Below, piece after piece: positions 1-11,484 of a stretch of 64,000 nt of DNA. The notes under the pieces were generated by a model. The model saw nothing but the letters and a program-made list of their open reading frames with translations. It was not told the DNA's origin and did not search any database. The position numbers were made by a program, and so were the translations under genes. Position 1 is the first letter of the stretch, and each line of letters starts with the position of its first letter. The stretch comes from Eledone cirrhosa (taxonomy: Eukaryota). Where the stretch lies: the NCBI GenBank assembly GCA_964016885.1, contig OZ024747.1, positions 91,884,001-91,948,000 of the forward strand, written 5' to 3'.

Positions 1-1
1 A

Positions 2-757
2 GCTGCAACAGAGACTCCAGTGCAAACATCACCAACAACAACAAGTGAAAGAGTGGAGCTGGTACCCCTCCCCGACCTTACAGAATCAGACATGGAGTGT
101 GAGGTGGGAGAGGGATGGCAAAAGGTCTCAAGAAGGCACAAACGCAGAAGCAGCGCATCGTCGCCTTTGAAAAGGGAGGAAAGAAATGAGAAAAGGGTAA
201 AGTCTACTGCAAAGAGACCCACAGCAGCAACACCACCAACACCATCACCACCCACACCAGCACCACCATCACCACCGGCGACAACCCCACCGCCAACAAC
301 ACCTTCAACACCACCACCACAAGCACCAACATCGCAAACACAACAACAAAACACACACACCCAGCAACAACGACAAGAAAATAGCAGAACCACACCCCAC
401 CCCCAGAAAAACAAATGCACGGCAATAAACACACACAACAAGAAACTAATGACTTACATAATTGAACACACAGACATTTCACAACAGGACTACATAATAC
501 CAGCACCAATCAAAACGCCAACTAACATAAGACTGCTAAAAATAGCACAGAAACAATACACAAACATTAAAACGAAATTCCCCAACGCAGTTGGTGATTT
601 CAGGGACCTAGGAGGAACCATTAATCGAAGAGTATATTCAGACATTCTCTTAGAAGAGCCGACGACCAGCCGAAGGGACGATTCAACGGTCCCTTCACCA
701 GACGATCAAGTGAAAAGGGATGTAAAAACCATCCCTCCTCTACCAAAAATACGGTAA
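2..757 (+). CDS. C-terminal part of LINE ORF1 (Pro/Thr/Gln-rich, basic)
   Basis: Frame is open from the window edge, so the GTG at 20 is probably not the true start. Basic motif GWQKVSRRHKRR and a low-complexity P/T tract; stop lies 35 nt before the ORF2 ATG. Confidence 0.7.
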   Translation, partial: AATETPVQTSPTTTSERVELVPLPDLTESDMECEVGEGWQKVSRRHKRRSSASSPLKREERNEKRVKSTAKRPTAATPPTPSPPTPAPPSPPATTPPPTTPSTPPPQAPTSQTQQQNTHTQQQRQENSRTTPHPQKNKCTAINTHNKKLMTYIIEHTDISQQDYIIPAPIKTPTNIRLLKIAQKQYTNIKTKFPNAVGDFRDLGGTINRRVYSDILLEEPTTSRRDDSTVPSPDDQVKRDVKTIPPLPKIR

Positions 758-792
758 GTGGTCTTTCCCATCTTTTCCACTCTATTTTAAAC

Positions 793-3700
793 ATGACCTC
801 ACTCAGAATAGGCAGCATAAATGCGCGTGGCTTGGGGTCGTCATGGAAGCAGGGTCACCTGCTCAACGACCTCAGGTCACTAAACATAGATGTAGTGGCC
901 ATCAGCGAGACCAGAATCTCCGAAGCACGGGCCTTCGCACCGATCTTCGGCGGCTGCGATGTGTACGCATCTCCCAGCCGTCCTGGATCGGGTGGAGGAG
1001 TTGCTGTGCTTTTTCGGAGAGGTTTGGATCTCGCCATACGGGCCATCTTCCTGGACCCAGAGGGTAAGCTGGTGGTGCTGGACGTGACCAGCGGAGACGG
1101 GCAAGCTTTCAGGCTAGTGGCCGTCTATGCCCCGACAGGAGCAGGGCGGCCTGATTTCTTCCGGCGTCTGGAGACCTTTCTTGGAACGTCGCGCTCTTTA
1201 GTGTTAGTGGGCGACTGGAACGGGATCTTAGATGCACGCTGGGACTGTGTGGGATTAGCGGATAGGGGTGGAGGGTGCAAGAGCCTCACCAACCTGCTCA
1301 GGCGTTTTGAACTGTCTGACAGGTACCGATTGGATTTCCCGAATGTGCCAATGTGGACTTGGACAAACCGCATAGGGTCATCCAGATCATATCTAGATAG
1401 AGTATTTTGTAGGGAAATAGATAGGTCTAGCATAGGCTGTCCACAATTCAAGATAGTCAGCTACACGGACCACAAATTCGTGATCTGTGTGCTTGACTTA
1501 GATAGGCTTCATAGACGAGGACCCGGCTACTGGAAGCTAAACGCGTCCTTACCAGCGCGCAAGGCCTACAGAGACCGGATTAGCGAACTAGTTAAGCGGG
1601 CGTTGACGGGGGCCATCGTCAACAACAAGTGGTGGTTTGCTCTGAAAAGAGCGATTAGAATAGAATCGATTAGGTTTAGTAAGGCTTTAGCAATAGAGAA
1701 AAATAGAGCAGAGGGAGAACTAGTTAGAAAATTAGACGAGGCGCTTAGCAAAGGCATTGCGACCGACGTGCTTGCGGCGAAATTGGCCCTTGACCAATTC
1801 TTCAATGCAAAGCACGAAGGCTGCGTTGTCAGAGCTAGGGTGCGTGCTCTCAGACACGAGGGGACGAAAGCCGTTCAATGGGCCCGAGTGGCGGAGGCGC
1901 GTCGTGGCAACAAAGCCACGATCCGGTCTTTGGTGGACCACGACGGGCGCATGCTACTCGATCCCGGGCAAATGTGTGAAGCTTTTCAGCGACACTTCGC
2001 TCAGCTGTTCGGGGGCAGCGGGGGGCCGGGTAGAGGGATGGACTTTAGTGTCTACCTCGACGGGCTGCCGCGGCTCTCGGCCACTGAGGCGAGGTGTTGC
2101 GAAAAGCCGATAACAGCCGCTGAAGTACGGGAGGCAATGACTGGCTGCACAAGGGGTAAATCGCCTGGTTTGGATGGTCTGCCCTATGAACTTTACGTAC
2201 AGATGCCAGACTTGTTCGGAGGCCTCTTGGCGGACGTCTACTGCAACTGGCAACAGAACGGGAGAATTCCCAGTTCTGTGAGCCGAGGAGCGGTGGCACT
2301 GCTGAGAAAGGATCCGAACAAGGGGGATAACATAGACAATTTCCGGCCCATAACTCTGCTAAACACAGAGTTTAAGATTTTGGCCAAGGTGCTAGCAAAG
2401 AGGTTGGCGCTTGTCGTTGGTGGTCTGGTGGGAGAGGCGCAGACATGCGCCATTCCCGACAGATCCATCCACGACAACCTCCACCTCATGCGATACATCG
2501 TAGAGAGGGTAGCTAGGGAACCTGGCACGGGTGGGTCCTTGATCAATTTAGATCAGTCGAAAGCTTTCGATAGGGTCGACCATCGTTACCTAGCGGCAGT
2601 CCTGAGGGCGGCTGGCTTTGGGCCCGTCTTCAGAGGCTGGATCGCTGCCATGCACAGCGACATCTGCTCTGTGGTGAGAGTGAACGGTCACCTGTCGGAA
2701 CCGTTCAACATCATGCGCTCGGTCCGCCAAGGATGTCCCCTCTCGTCCCTCTTGTACGTATTGACTCTCGAGCCATTACTGCACAAACTGGAGACGTTGA
2801 GGGGAGTCCCGCGCGAACTAGGATGCGGAAGATCCGTGTCAGCATATGCGGACGATGTCACCGTAGTGGTGTCGAACGCCAAACACATCGAGGCGATCGG
2901 CACTACACTAAGAGAATACGAAGCGGTGACAGGAGCAATGATCAACCAGGAAAAGTCAGTGGGCCTGCAGCTCGGCACCTGGAGAGGCAGGTCCATGCCG
3001 TCCAACAGCGTCGTCGGGCGCTGGACGGACGGACCGGTTAAATTGCTAGGGGTCTGGTTCGGTCCGGACCTCCAGACGGACAAAAACTGGGACGAGGTGA
3101 CGAGCAGGGTGGCTTCTCTCACCCAGAAATGGGCGGAGAGGAAGCTATCCCTGAAAGGTCGAGCGGAGGTGGCTAACGCGTACATCGCGTCTGTCATCTG
3201 CTACCGCCTAACCGTCGTACCTTGTCCTAAGCCTCGCCTGACTGCGCTGGAGCGTTTGCTCTTTCGCTTTTTGTGGAAGGGACGTGCTCCGATGGTCAGG
3301 CGGTCCATCTGTTGTCAACACCCGCTACGTGGAGGGCTGGGCATGCCGTGGCTGATGATGCGCAGGCACGCGCTCAGGCTACGACATCTCCACCTCTTCC
3401 TCGACGGTGATCAGGTGTGGTCGCCGTTTGCTAGACGCGTTTTTCCCCAGCTCGTTTCCTTGACGGAGCTGCAGTCCTGGGTCAAGCGAAGACCGAGAGG
3501 GAGCGCCTGGAGACTGGAATGTTTTCAGGCGCTCACAGCCCTCGACCAATCGGGCAATGTGATCGGTGGAAACTCCACCTCGGCGTTCTATAGAGGATTA
3601 GTGGAGGGGAAGAGCGACGACGTACTTGGGGAAACTCTAGGCGTCGACGAAAATCAACTAGCCAATCTCTTCGGAAGAACTTTCGGGCCAGGGCCTATGG

Positions 3701-4212
3701 ACAACTTCCAGAAATCTCTGGCCTGGCAGTGCTACCGAGGAGCCTTGCCAGTTCGGGATAAACTCTACAGGCATGGAGGTGCCGTCAGCCGGGCATGTCC
3801 GAGATGCGCGCAGGGCGACGAAACCGTCCTGCACGCACTCGTCCAGTGTCCGAAAATTGCTGACTTGTGGGTTTATGTCGAACACCTGCTGTCGCGTTTA
3901 GGACGGATCCAGCTATCATCTGAGTCCATCGTGAGGATTGCCCCGCCCTCCTCCTTTAGCCGGGAAGGGCAGGCAGTTTTTATCTGTCTGGTGGCCATGG
4001 CGAAAGAGATAGTATGGTGGACACGTTTGAAAGGGCTGAAGACGAGCACTTACCTCTTCGGTGATGCTCTGATTGACTTTTTCAAATTTCATTTGAAAAG
4101 GAAAATCAGAGTAGAGAGGGAAGTGCTCTCTTCCCAGCATTTTGTTGAAAGATGGGTGAGAGAAGCAAGAATGGCCCGAGTGAATGGGCCGACTCTGAGT
4201 ATATATCTGTAA
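793..4212 (+). CDS. LINE ORF2: apurinic-like endonuclease, reverse transcriptase and CCHC zinc finger (1139 aa, intact)
   Basis: APE motifs SINARG, SET, GDWN, SYLDRVF, YTDH; RT motifs KSPGLDG, FRPITLLN, DQSKAFDRV, RQGCPLS, YADD; zinc finger CPRC-x8-HALVQC; L1-type YWKLN and GGLG. Confidence 0.96.
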   Translation: MTSLRIGSINARGLGSSWKQGHLLNDLRSLNIDVVAISETRISEARAFAPIFGGCDVYASPSRPGSGGGVAVLFRRGLDLAIRAIFLDPEGKLVVLDVTSGDGQAFRLVAVYAPTGAGRPDFFRRLETFLGTSRSLVLVGDWNGILDARWDCVGLADRGGGCKSLTNLLRRFELSDRYRLDFPNVPMWTWTNRIGSSRSYLDRVFCREIDRSSIGCPQFKIVSYTDHKFVICVLDLDRLHRRGPGYWKLNASLPARKAYRDRISELVKRALTGAIVNNKWWFALKRAIRIESIRFSKALAIEKNRAEGELVRKLDEALSKGIATDVLAAKLALDQFFNAKHEGCVVRARVRALRHEGTKAVQWARVAEARRGNKATIRSLVDHDGRMLLDPGQMCEAFQRHFAQLFGGSGGPGRGMDFSVYLDGLPRLSATEARCCEKPITAAEVREAMTGCTRGKSPGLDGLPYELYVQMPDLFGGLLADVYCNWQQNGRIPSSVSRGAVALLRKDPNKGDNIDNFRPITLLNTEFKILAKVLAKRLALVVGGLVGEAQTCAIPDRSIHDNLHLMRYIVERVAREPGTGGSLINLDQSKAFDRVDHRYLAAVLRAAGFGPVFRGWIAAMHSDICSVVRVNGHLSEPFNIMRSVRQGCPLSSLLYVLTLEPLLHKLETLRGVPRELGCGRSVSAYADDVTVVVSNAKHIEAIGTTLREYEAVTGAMINQEKSVGLQLGTWRGRSMPSNSVVGRWTDGPVKLLGVWFGPDLQTDKNWDEVTSRVASLTQKWAERKLSLKGRAEVANAYIASVICYRLTVVPCPKPRLTALERLLFRFLWKGRAPMVRRSICCQHPLRGGLGMPWLMMRRHALRLRHLHLFLDGDQVWSPFARRVFPQLVSLTELQSWVKRRPRGSAWRLECFQALTALDQSGNVIGGNSTSAFYRGLVEGKSDDVLGETLGVDENQLANLFGRTFGPGPMDNFQKSLAWQCYRGALPVRDKLYRHGGAVSRACPRCAQGDETVLHALVQCPKIADLWVYVEHLLSRLGRIQLSSESIVRIAPPSSFSREGQAVFICLVAMAKEIVWWTRLKGLKTSTYLFGDALIDFFKFHLKRKIRVEREVLSSQHFVERWVREARMARVNGPTLSIYL

Positions 4213-4472
4213 ACTAAAGGTGGAAAACTGGGAGAGGGCACTTGCCTTGGTGGTCAGGGTCATTGTGGCTTTTTACTGGGCTTTCTCCACAAATGTCCCT
4301 CCGAAGTCTCCCCCCTATTGGGGAATTTTTCATTGTTATTTTCATTGTTATTTTTGTTACATCCTCTGTTTTTGTTTTTTTACACGCAGAAATGCCCATT
4401 TGTACCGTCCTGCATTGTCCTGCACTGTCCTTAATGTCTACTTTATGTAAACCCTTGTGGTTAATAAAGAAA

Positions 4473-4474
<2 letters not shown>

Positions 4475-4543
<69 letters not shown>
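4475..4543. repeat. (ATT)n microsatellite shared by two convergent LINE 3' ends
   Basis: About 23 perfect ATT units. Confidence 0.95.
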
Positions 4544-6293
4544 GTTCTTTGAGTCTCAGTCATTGACGTTAGTTAACTGGAAAGTTTGTTGAAATGAATA
4601 TCAAGCCACTGCCTGCAGCCTCAGATATTCAGGACGTATTGGAGGGTTCTTGCTGTTCCCAGCAAGCATGCCTTTTGAAGCGTTCCAAAAAGTGTGGCGG
4701 GGCCAATTTTCTTTAACCATCCCTGGAAACTTTTTGAGATAGTACCTAGTGTGTCTATGACAATCGGGACCACTTTGACTTCATGACAGTTCCAAATTCT
4801 TTTTACCTCCCACTTTAAGTCCTGGTATCGGTTAATTTTCTCACTCTCCTTCTCTTGCACTCTCGTGTCGAATGGGCAGGCCACATCCACAATCAGGCAC
4901 GATCTTTTTTCCTTGTCCAAAACCACCAGGTCAGGTCTATTGTGTTCCAGTTTCTTGTCCGTCTGTATCCTAAAATCCCACATCACCTTCACCTGATCGT
5001 TTTCTATCACCGACTCTGGCTTATGCTCATACCACTTCACAGAATGTGGTAAATTATTTACTTTGCATAGGTGCCAGTGGATCACCCTGCCCATCACATC
5101 ATGTCTCCAGCCCTTATAGTGAGTCTGGGCTAGGTTTTTACACTCGGATACAATGTGAGCCACAGTCTCCTCTCTCTCTCCACAGATCCTGCACAGTGGG
5201 CTAGCCTCCTCCTTGAGGGCCTGCTCTTGCGCAGCCATTAGCATTCCTTCTGTAGTCTTTTCAAGGTCTCCTCTTTTCAACCAGTTCCATGTCTGTGGAT
5301 CTCTGAATTTAGTTTTCTCAAAGAAGGTACTATGAAGGGATTTTTCATGAAGGCTGCTTTTTCTCCTTGTTGTTATTTCCTCCTTGGACATCCCCTGGTC
5401 TATTGTCCTCTCCTTCAGTACAATTCTGAGCATTGGCTCCTTACTATCAGTCACGTATTTGTGTAGGTTGTTTTTCTCCATCTGAACACAGTCCTCTATG
5501 CTGATAAGACCTCTTCCACCTTCAGATCTCCTTAAGTAGAGTCTATCGACATCACTCCTCTTGTGGAACATGTTGTAGATAGTCAATAGTTTCCTAGTCT
5601 TCCTATCCATTTCTTTTTGTTCAGCAACATTCCATCTCAGAATTCCCGCACTGTAGCTAATAACAGACACAGCTCGGGAATTTACTGCACTTATGGCATT
5701 CCTACTGTTCAGATGTGACTTTAATACGCTCCTTACTCTCCGAATGTATTCAGATCCTATCAATTCCTTCATTTTTTTGTTCTTTATGTCATCAGCCTCG
5801 AGAACACCCAAATACTTGTATCCTTCTTCAGTGTCAATTTCCTTTATCATCTCACCTGTTGATACCTGGATTCCGTTGCTTCTGCTCAATTTACTCCTCT
5901 TCATCACAAGGTCTCCACACTTACTAATACCAAATTGCATAGATATATCATTGCTGAAAATACGGAGTGTCAACAAGCACATCCACCTCCTTCTCACTCT
6001 TTCCGAAGAGCTTAAGATCGTCCATGAAGAGGAGGTGATTGATGGTAAGCTCTCCCTTTCCCAACTTGTATCCTGCTCTCACTTTTCGCAGTATAATGGT
6101 CAGGGGCATCAGGGCAAGGACAAACAACAGAGGGGACAGACTATCTCCCTGGAAGATACCTCTCTTGATATTCACGCCTTCCAAGGATTCTCCAGCTGAT
6201 GTTAACTCTGCTTTCCAGGACTTCATACTTTTTCCCAACAACTGTCTGATGTTATCTGCCACCTTGAAGATCTCTAGGCTTTTGGTGATCCAG
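4544..6293 (-). mobile_element. 5'-truncated R4/Dong-clade non-LTR retrotransposon (RT plus restriction-like endonuclease), pseudogenised
   Basis: RT motifs GIFQGDSLSP, INHLLFMDDLKL and YKYLG; frameshift near 5963; CRIC-x8-HIVSEC, RHD and RPDLVVLD...IVDVACP (PD-D/E RLE); 3' end runs into (TAA)n. Confidence 0.9.
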
Positions 6294-6557
6294 GGCTGTT
6301 TGTTGAAGCAGGGTTCAACTGAAATATCTACACCGGTAACCTTATTAGTGTTACACCGGTATACCTCTAGCATAAACTATTTGGCATTCCTTGAGAGGAG
6401 GTACTGGTTTATTCGCTGTCTTAAATAGAGCATATACACACAATGCATATACATAAATTAATCTTTTTCTCTGTACAAAGCGATTGACAACGTTTCTTAT
6501 ATCTTTATTTAGGTTTTTACAACAAAACATATTGTATGTGTAGTTATACATACATTG

Positions 6558-6622
6558 AATTATTATTATTATTATTATTATTATTATCTTCTTCTTCTTC
6601 TTCTTCTTCTTCTTCTTCTTCT
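6558..6622. repeat. compound (TTA)n(TTC)n microsatellite
   Basis: Read directly from the sequence. Confidence 0.9.
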
Positions 6623-6929
6623 GCGAGCCTTCTACGATTAACTGAACATGCAGAGCGCCGCAACTTCTTACTAAAACTACTTCCGAGGCAGCAACTAAAC
6701 TACCAGCAACAACAACTAAATGCAGAATCTATCCAAGGGAAAGATGAGGAAAGTTTTCCCACCCCCACCCCTCTCTCCCGAAACAATAAATACACATGTA
6801 AACACCCACGCAAACGCAAAAACACAAACATATGAAGCAGACATAGAAACAGCTGTTATTATGTATAGGATAGATCCGGCCATCGATCGAGTCCATCAAA
6901 AAGATCACCACGACCCCTTCTTTTGGCCT

Positions 6930-7800
6930 GGAAAGGCGGGCAATTTTCCTCTGCCCGGTGGCCGTAGTGCATTTTTCTTGCCCAAATTTCATGCAGATTT
7001 CTTTTGTGAATCCATGTATTATCTGCAGCAGTTTTTCTTATTGTTTCTTATCTGTAGCCTATATTTTTAGACCAGCCATATACAGAGGGTTCATTTTCCT
7101 GTAGAATGTTTGTTCTAGTTCAGTTATATCAGGTAACTCTCGAGCGCTACTAGTAACATGTAACCAAATACAAACTGTCACATGGTCGGGTCGTCGGCGA
7201 CTAAACCAGCAACCCCACCAAGTGATTTTGGACACCCTGTAAGACAGAAAACAAAACCTAAAAAGGGGCGGAAGAACTCATAAGAGTCAACGGTCATCAA
7301 AATAAATCCTGCCAAATCAATGGGTGGCAGTAGTTCCAGCTCCACACATCGAAAGACTGGTGTAGTGGTTCTGAGAACAATGCGGCTTTTGCAGATAAAC
7401 AATGCAAATCGACGATGGAAAGGCGCTCGAGTTAGAAGAAAACTATTGACCTTCAGGAGAAACAGCGACCCCTGATTGTATTTAGCAACCGAAACAAATA
7501 TGAAGTACACCAAATCCAATGCTCCTAAGGGCGGCCCTGGTTCTTCTTATTTGCGAGTGTATACTCGGCCAGATTAGATTAGATCAGTTCTGTTTAGTGT
7601 ATCAGATAATGGTTTCAGTGCTAGACAGAAAAGGAATGGTCATTGACTATCCGTATGAAATATCCCTGTTGATTGGGATGTGCTCAATCTTTATAGTTCC
7701 GTCGTTCGTTTTAGCTGCAGAACTGTTCGCCACTTACTCATAACATGCTTGATAAATGTTTTTATTGTTGGCATTACTTCATTCATAGCTAGTCTGATCA
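6930..7800 (-). pseudogene. Older decayed R4/Dong-like RT fragment, split by the insert at 7128-7575
   Basis: Manual minus-strand translation gives FIKHVMSKWRTVLQL...IPINR/GIFHTDSQ*PFLFCLALKPLSDTLNRT (7585-7760). It resumes as MNPLYMAGLKI*ATDKKQ*EKLLQIIHGFTKEICMKFGQEKC (6960-7100), a degenerate GIFQGDSLSP and YMDDLKLYA...MKFG..KC. Confidence 0.7.
7128..7575 (+). mobile_element. RTE-5'UTR-like structured repeat, copy 1
   Basis: Shares gctactagtaacatgtaacc...catggtcgggtcgtcggcgactaaacc...aaaacaaaacc...gaactc..agagtcaacgg with copies at 31060, 32548 and 43654. Confidence 0.6.
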
Positions 7801-7979
7801 CTATCCATGTAAGCGGAAAACTGTCAAAGTCATCGTGTGCCGCCAACAAGACATGCAGCAAAGCAAACAAATCAGATCAAGAAAAGGAGCCGATAGTTTT
7901 TAAGACCTATCACGCCATCATCTGTCTAAACTGAGCATGCACCTTTCGTTCGTAAATCCGCCTCGTTGTTCTATATATT

Positions 7980-8313
7980 GGTTTCTTATATAGGCACAAG
8001 GCCATCGATTTTGGAGGAGGGGAAAGTCGATTAAGTCGACCCCAGTGCGTTACTGGTACTTTATTTTATCGACCCCGTGAGGATGAAAGGCAAAGTTAAC
8101 CTCGGCGGGATTTGAACTCAATAATAATTGTTTCTACTTTTGGCACAAGGCCAGCAATTACCCAGTACATTGCTGGTACTTTATCGACCCCGTAAGGATG
8201 AAAGGCAAAGTTAACTTCGGCGGGATTTGAACTCAGAACGTAAAGGGCCATAACTCTATGATGTAAATCAAGGTGTCTGACGCTCTACCGATACTGCCAA
8301 TTCACCACCCTTT
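7980..8313 (-). mobile_element. tRNA-derived SINE (family 1) dimer with 15-bp TSD
   Basis: A-box TGGCAGTATCGG and B-box GAGTTCAAATCC on the minus strand; TSD gttgttctatatatt at 7965-7979 and 8314-8328. Confidence 0.88.
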
Positions 8314-8409
8314 GTTGTTCTATATATTAACATCCTCACACTACCATTGGTTTTAGGCCTGGAAACTTCAGTGATTATCGTCGGTTGCATTTATAAACAA
8401 GAATACTAT

Positions 8410-8580
8410 AATAGTTTCAGAATTAGGCACAAGGCCAGATATTTTGGAAGAGGGGAAAGTTGATCAAATGAACCCCAGTGTGTGGCTGGTAATTTACATC
8501 ATCGACTCCGTAAAGGATGAAAGGCAAAGCTATCCTCGACGGGATTTGATCTCAGAACGCAAATCGCTCTACCTCTATTC
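8410..8580 (-). mobile_element. Degraded SINE family 1 copy (long-tail variant)
   Basis: aggcacaaggcc...atcgactccgtaaaggatgaaaggcaaag...gggatttgatctcag. Confidence 0.75.
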
Positions 8581-11439
8581 CGTGAATGTAGGGTGCATTA
8601 TTTTAAAGAATTATGAGTGTTTTTCAGCATATTACAATGTTCTGTTTAATAGTCACAATGCTTCAAACAAAAGTTGTAAAATGATAGTATAAGAAGAAAT
8701 ATGAGGTTATATTATTATATATCTGATATAACACGAGTAATGACTGAAATAAGAAGAGCGACATTGTATTGTAAATAAAGTGTTTTGATATAAAATTTAA
8801 GTAATTTTCTAAAGTTGCCAACAAATTACCTCGCGTTTTGTGAGTTTTGAGTTTTGTAAACAAACATGTCTCCAAAGAGACTTTTTCAGAAAATTGAAAT
8901 TCACTTTAATTAGTTATATAACAAAATTCAAATCTGTTTTGGATATCTCAGTGAACTGGCTATCACTACGAAATTCTTTAAGTTGGGTCTCTGAATCCCC
9001 AAATGAAAACTTTATTGGTGAAAAGAAAATTAATTTTAGAAACATTCGTTTTAAAGATTTGTATCATTTGAGTTCTACCATAATGTTTTGGTAGTCCCTG
9101 CGGATAAAATTCTTCTCAAGAATGTTCAAAATGTAGCTTAATCTACTTGGTAGCAAGTGATTTAGTCTTCTATATCCTTAAGAAAATGTTTATAGCAATG
9201 TGTTTTCTTTAATATATAGTTTATTATGTAACCGACAATGTATATGTCATACAATTCACTACGATATTATCTATTTTCACAAACTTTCAGAACATGATAA
9301 TTCTGAAAAGTTTAGATTAGTTTGGAAAGCCATTGCAGAAAACAAAAATAAAACCATTTTTACAATAGTGTTTTAGTGTAGATAAAATCTAACATTTCAT
9401 ATTTTTATTGTATTTCAGATTTATCTGTATTAGGAGCACTGTAATAAGTTATATGTTCTTAAACAACAATAAAATTAGATATTGAGCGAATGTTTGTACC
9501 ATTATTAGAAATGTGTGATCAATTCTTCGTAATCTGTAATAGAATATTTTACAAACATATAAAAATATATAATGAATTAAAGAAACATTGTATGCTATGG
9601 CGCTATAAAAATTGTAACAATGTCGCAAACTAATACTGAAATTCTTGATCAGCTGAGAATGTCAATCAGTTACCTTTCCTATCTAAAGATGTTTTCACTT
9701 GATAGCATAAATATCACAGGTGGATGTCATCGTTAAAATAGTAGAATGCTGTCTAATATATATTCTAAATGATATTTGATATAGATCTATTGAATGTATA
9801 GCTACCCCCAACGAAAGGATAATATATAGAATTATCAAAGCATGTGTGGAAAATATATCACGGTGAAGAAGTTGTGCGTGTGTGTGTGTGTGTTATACAT
9901 TAAACAAAATCAGGTTTCTCTTTATGCATGTTGAAACTTCAAATTCTTAATAGTTCTGATTTCCTATTAATACAGTAACTTAAATAAGATTTCTGGTAAT
10001 ATAGCTTTTGCGACGGGTACGCGCAAATGATGATGACTTTAGCATTCGTGAAGGCCTTTGTGTGCCTAATTGTTGTAAACAGATATAGACCCTATTTCGG
10101 TCCTACTTCTTTAGTCACCCAACTACCGATCTTTAGTCACCCAACTAAACAACAAGGATGTGAGAGCTAAAGGAAGTGAGGACTACACAAACAGTACTTC
10201 AAATTACCGACTAGGAAGTGATGAAAAATAAAGTAGACTTTAGAGAAATTTTAATTCAAAATGTATAGAACTGGAATAAATGCTACAAAGCATTCTATCC
10301 GATGTTCTGCTCTAATGGTTTGGCCAATCGAGTGTCTTCATATATTCTTAGCGCATATAAATTTCAATACATTCTGAAACACCTTTACAAAATTAAATGA
10401 TGTTTTTCTCTATATATCTCGTAGTTTCCCTTGGTATCCTGGTAAAATATTGCTTGGTGTAGCATCAATAAACACTATCCATATTAATGAAGATAATATT
10501 AGTATGAAGTAGTTTACAACATGCACGTAAATCCTATAACAATGCATGATAGTATCGCCACGATAGTCGAGATATAGAATGATCGGTATTCCTTGGCTCA
10601 AAGTATCCTTTCAGTAATAATGACGATGTGTGTTACTAAAGAAATGCAAAATTGAACACCTATAGCTATTTCATGAGTACATATACTTCAAATAGTATAT
10701 TTAAAGAATTATAAAACTTTTTGAATTTATTTAAGGTGATTAGAAATGGGACACGCATTCAAATCTTCTCCAATATTACTTTTCTGGGAGCTTCAAGCAA
10801 ATTATTAATTATGAACGTGTTCTAAATCTGCCATAAATGAGAGAAATGTTGAAAGTTATTTAAAATAAAGATTTGTCAACGCTATGAAAATCTCCATCAT
10901 GAATAACACCAAGATTAATGGATCAATGAGAACTTCTTTGACCAAATAACAACAGGTAGTAAATGCAACAAAACACCAGTGTATATCATTAGTTTCCGTT
11001 TATCCATGTGTAGTATTTGGTTTCTAAAACTCTTTAAGTTATATCTAACCACTAATACACTATTAATTAATAAAGGCACAAAGCTTATATTACAAGCTAT
11101 CGTGTATTATCGATTTGCATCTGACAAAATCGAAAATCACTAAAGGGAAAATAAGTATGTCTATTTATAGATTTTTTTTTTATGCATTCACTTCACAGTG
11201 ATAGATGAAATCACAAGTAATACAGAGATACAGATTCATTATAATTAGCATTTTGGTAAAGCTTCGGCACTTAACATTATCGAAAAATTACTGTAGAGTT
11301 TAGCAACATAATATAGATGTTTTGTTTTTTTGTTTTTCAGTGTGTTTGTGCGTGCGCATGTTTGTGTGTATTAATAATATATATTTGCTCTACGGGTTTA
11401 TACATACACACACATTTATGTATATATATATATGTATAT

Positions 11440-11484
<45 letters not shown>

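Larger units (their letters stand above)
1..4472 (+). mobile_element. L1/Tx1-clade non-LTR retrotransposon, 5' end outside window
   Basis: Two-ORF layout; ORF2 has APE-RT-CCHC domains; ~260-nt 3' UTR with AATAAA at 4463-4468, ending AATAAAGAAA just before (ATT)n. Confidence 0.93.

Noticed and set aside
843-4263. Short overlapping and antisense ORFs within LINE ORF2
   Set aside because: Expected by-products of GC-rich coding sequence; no recognisable motifs.
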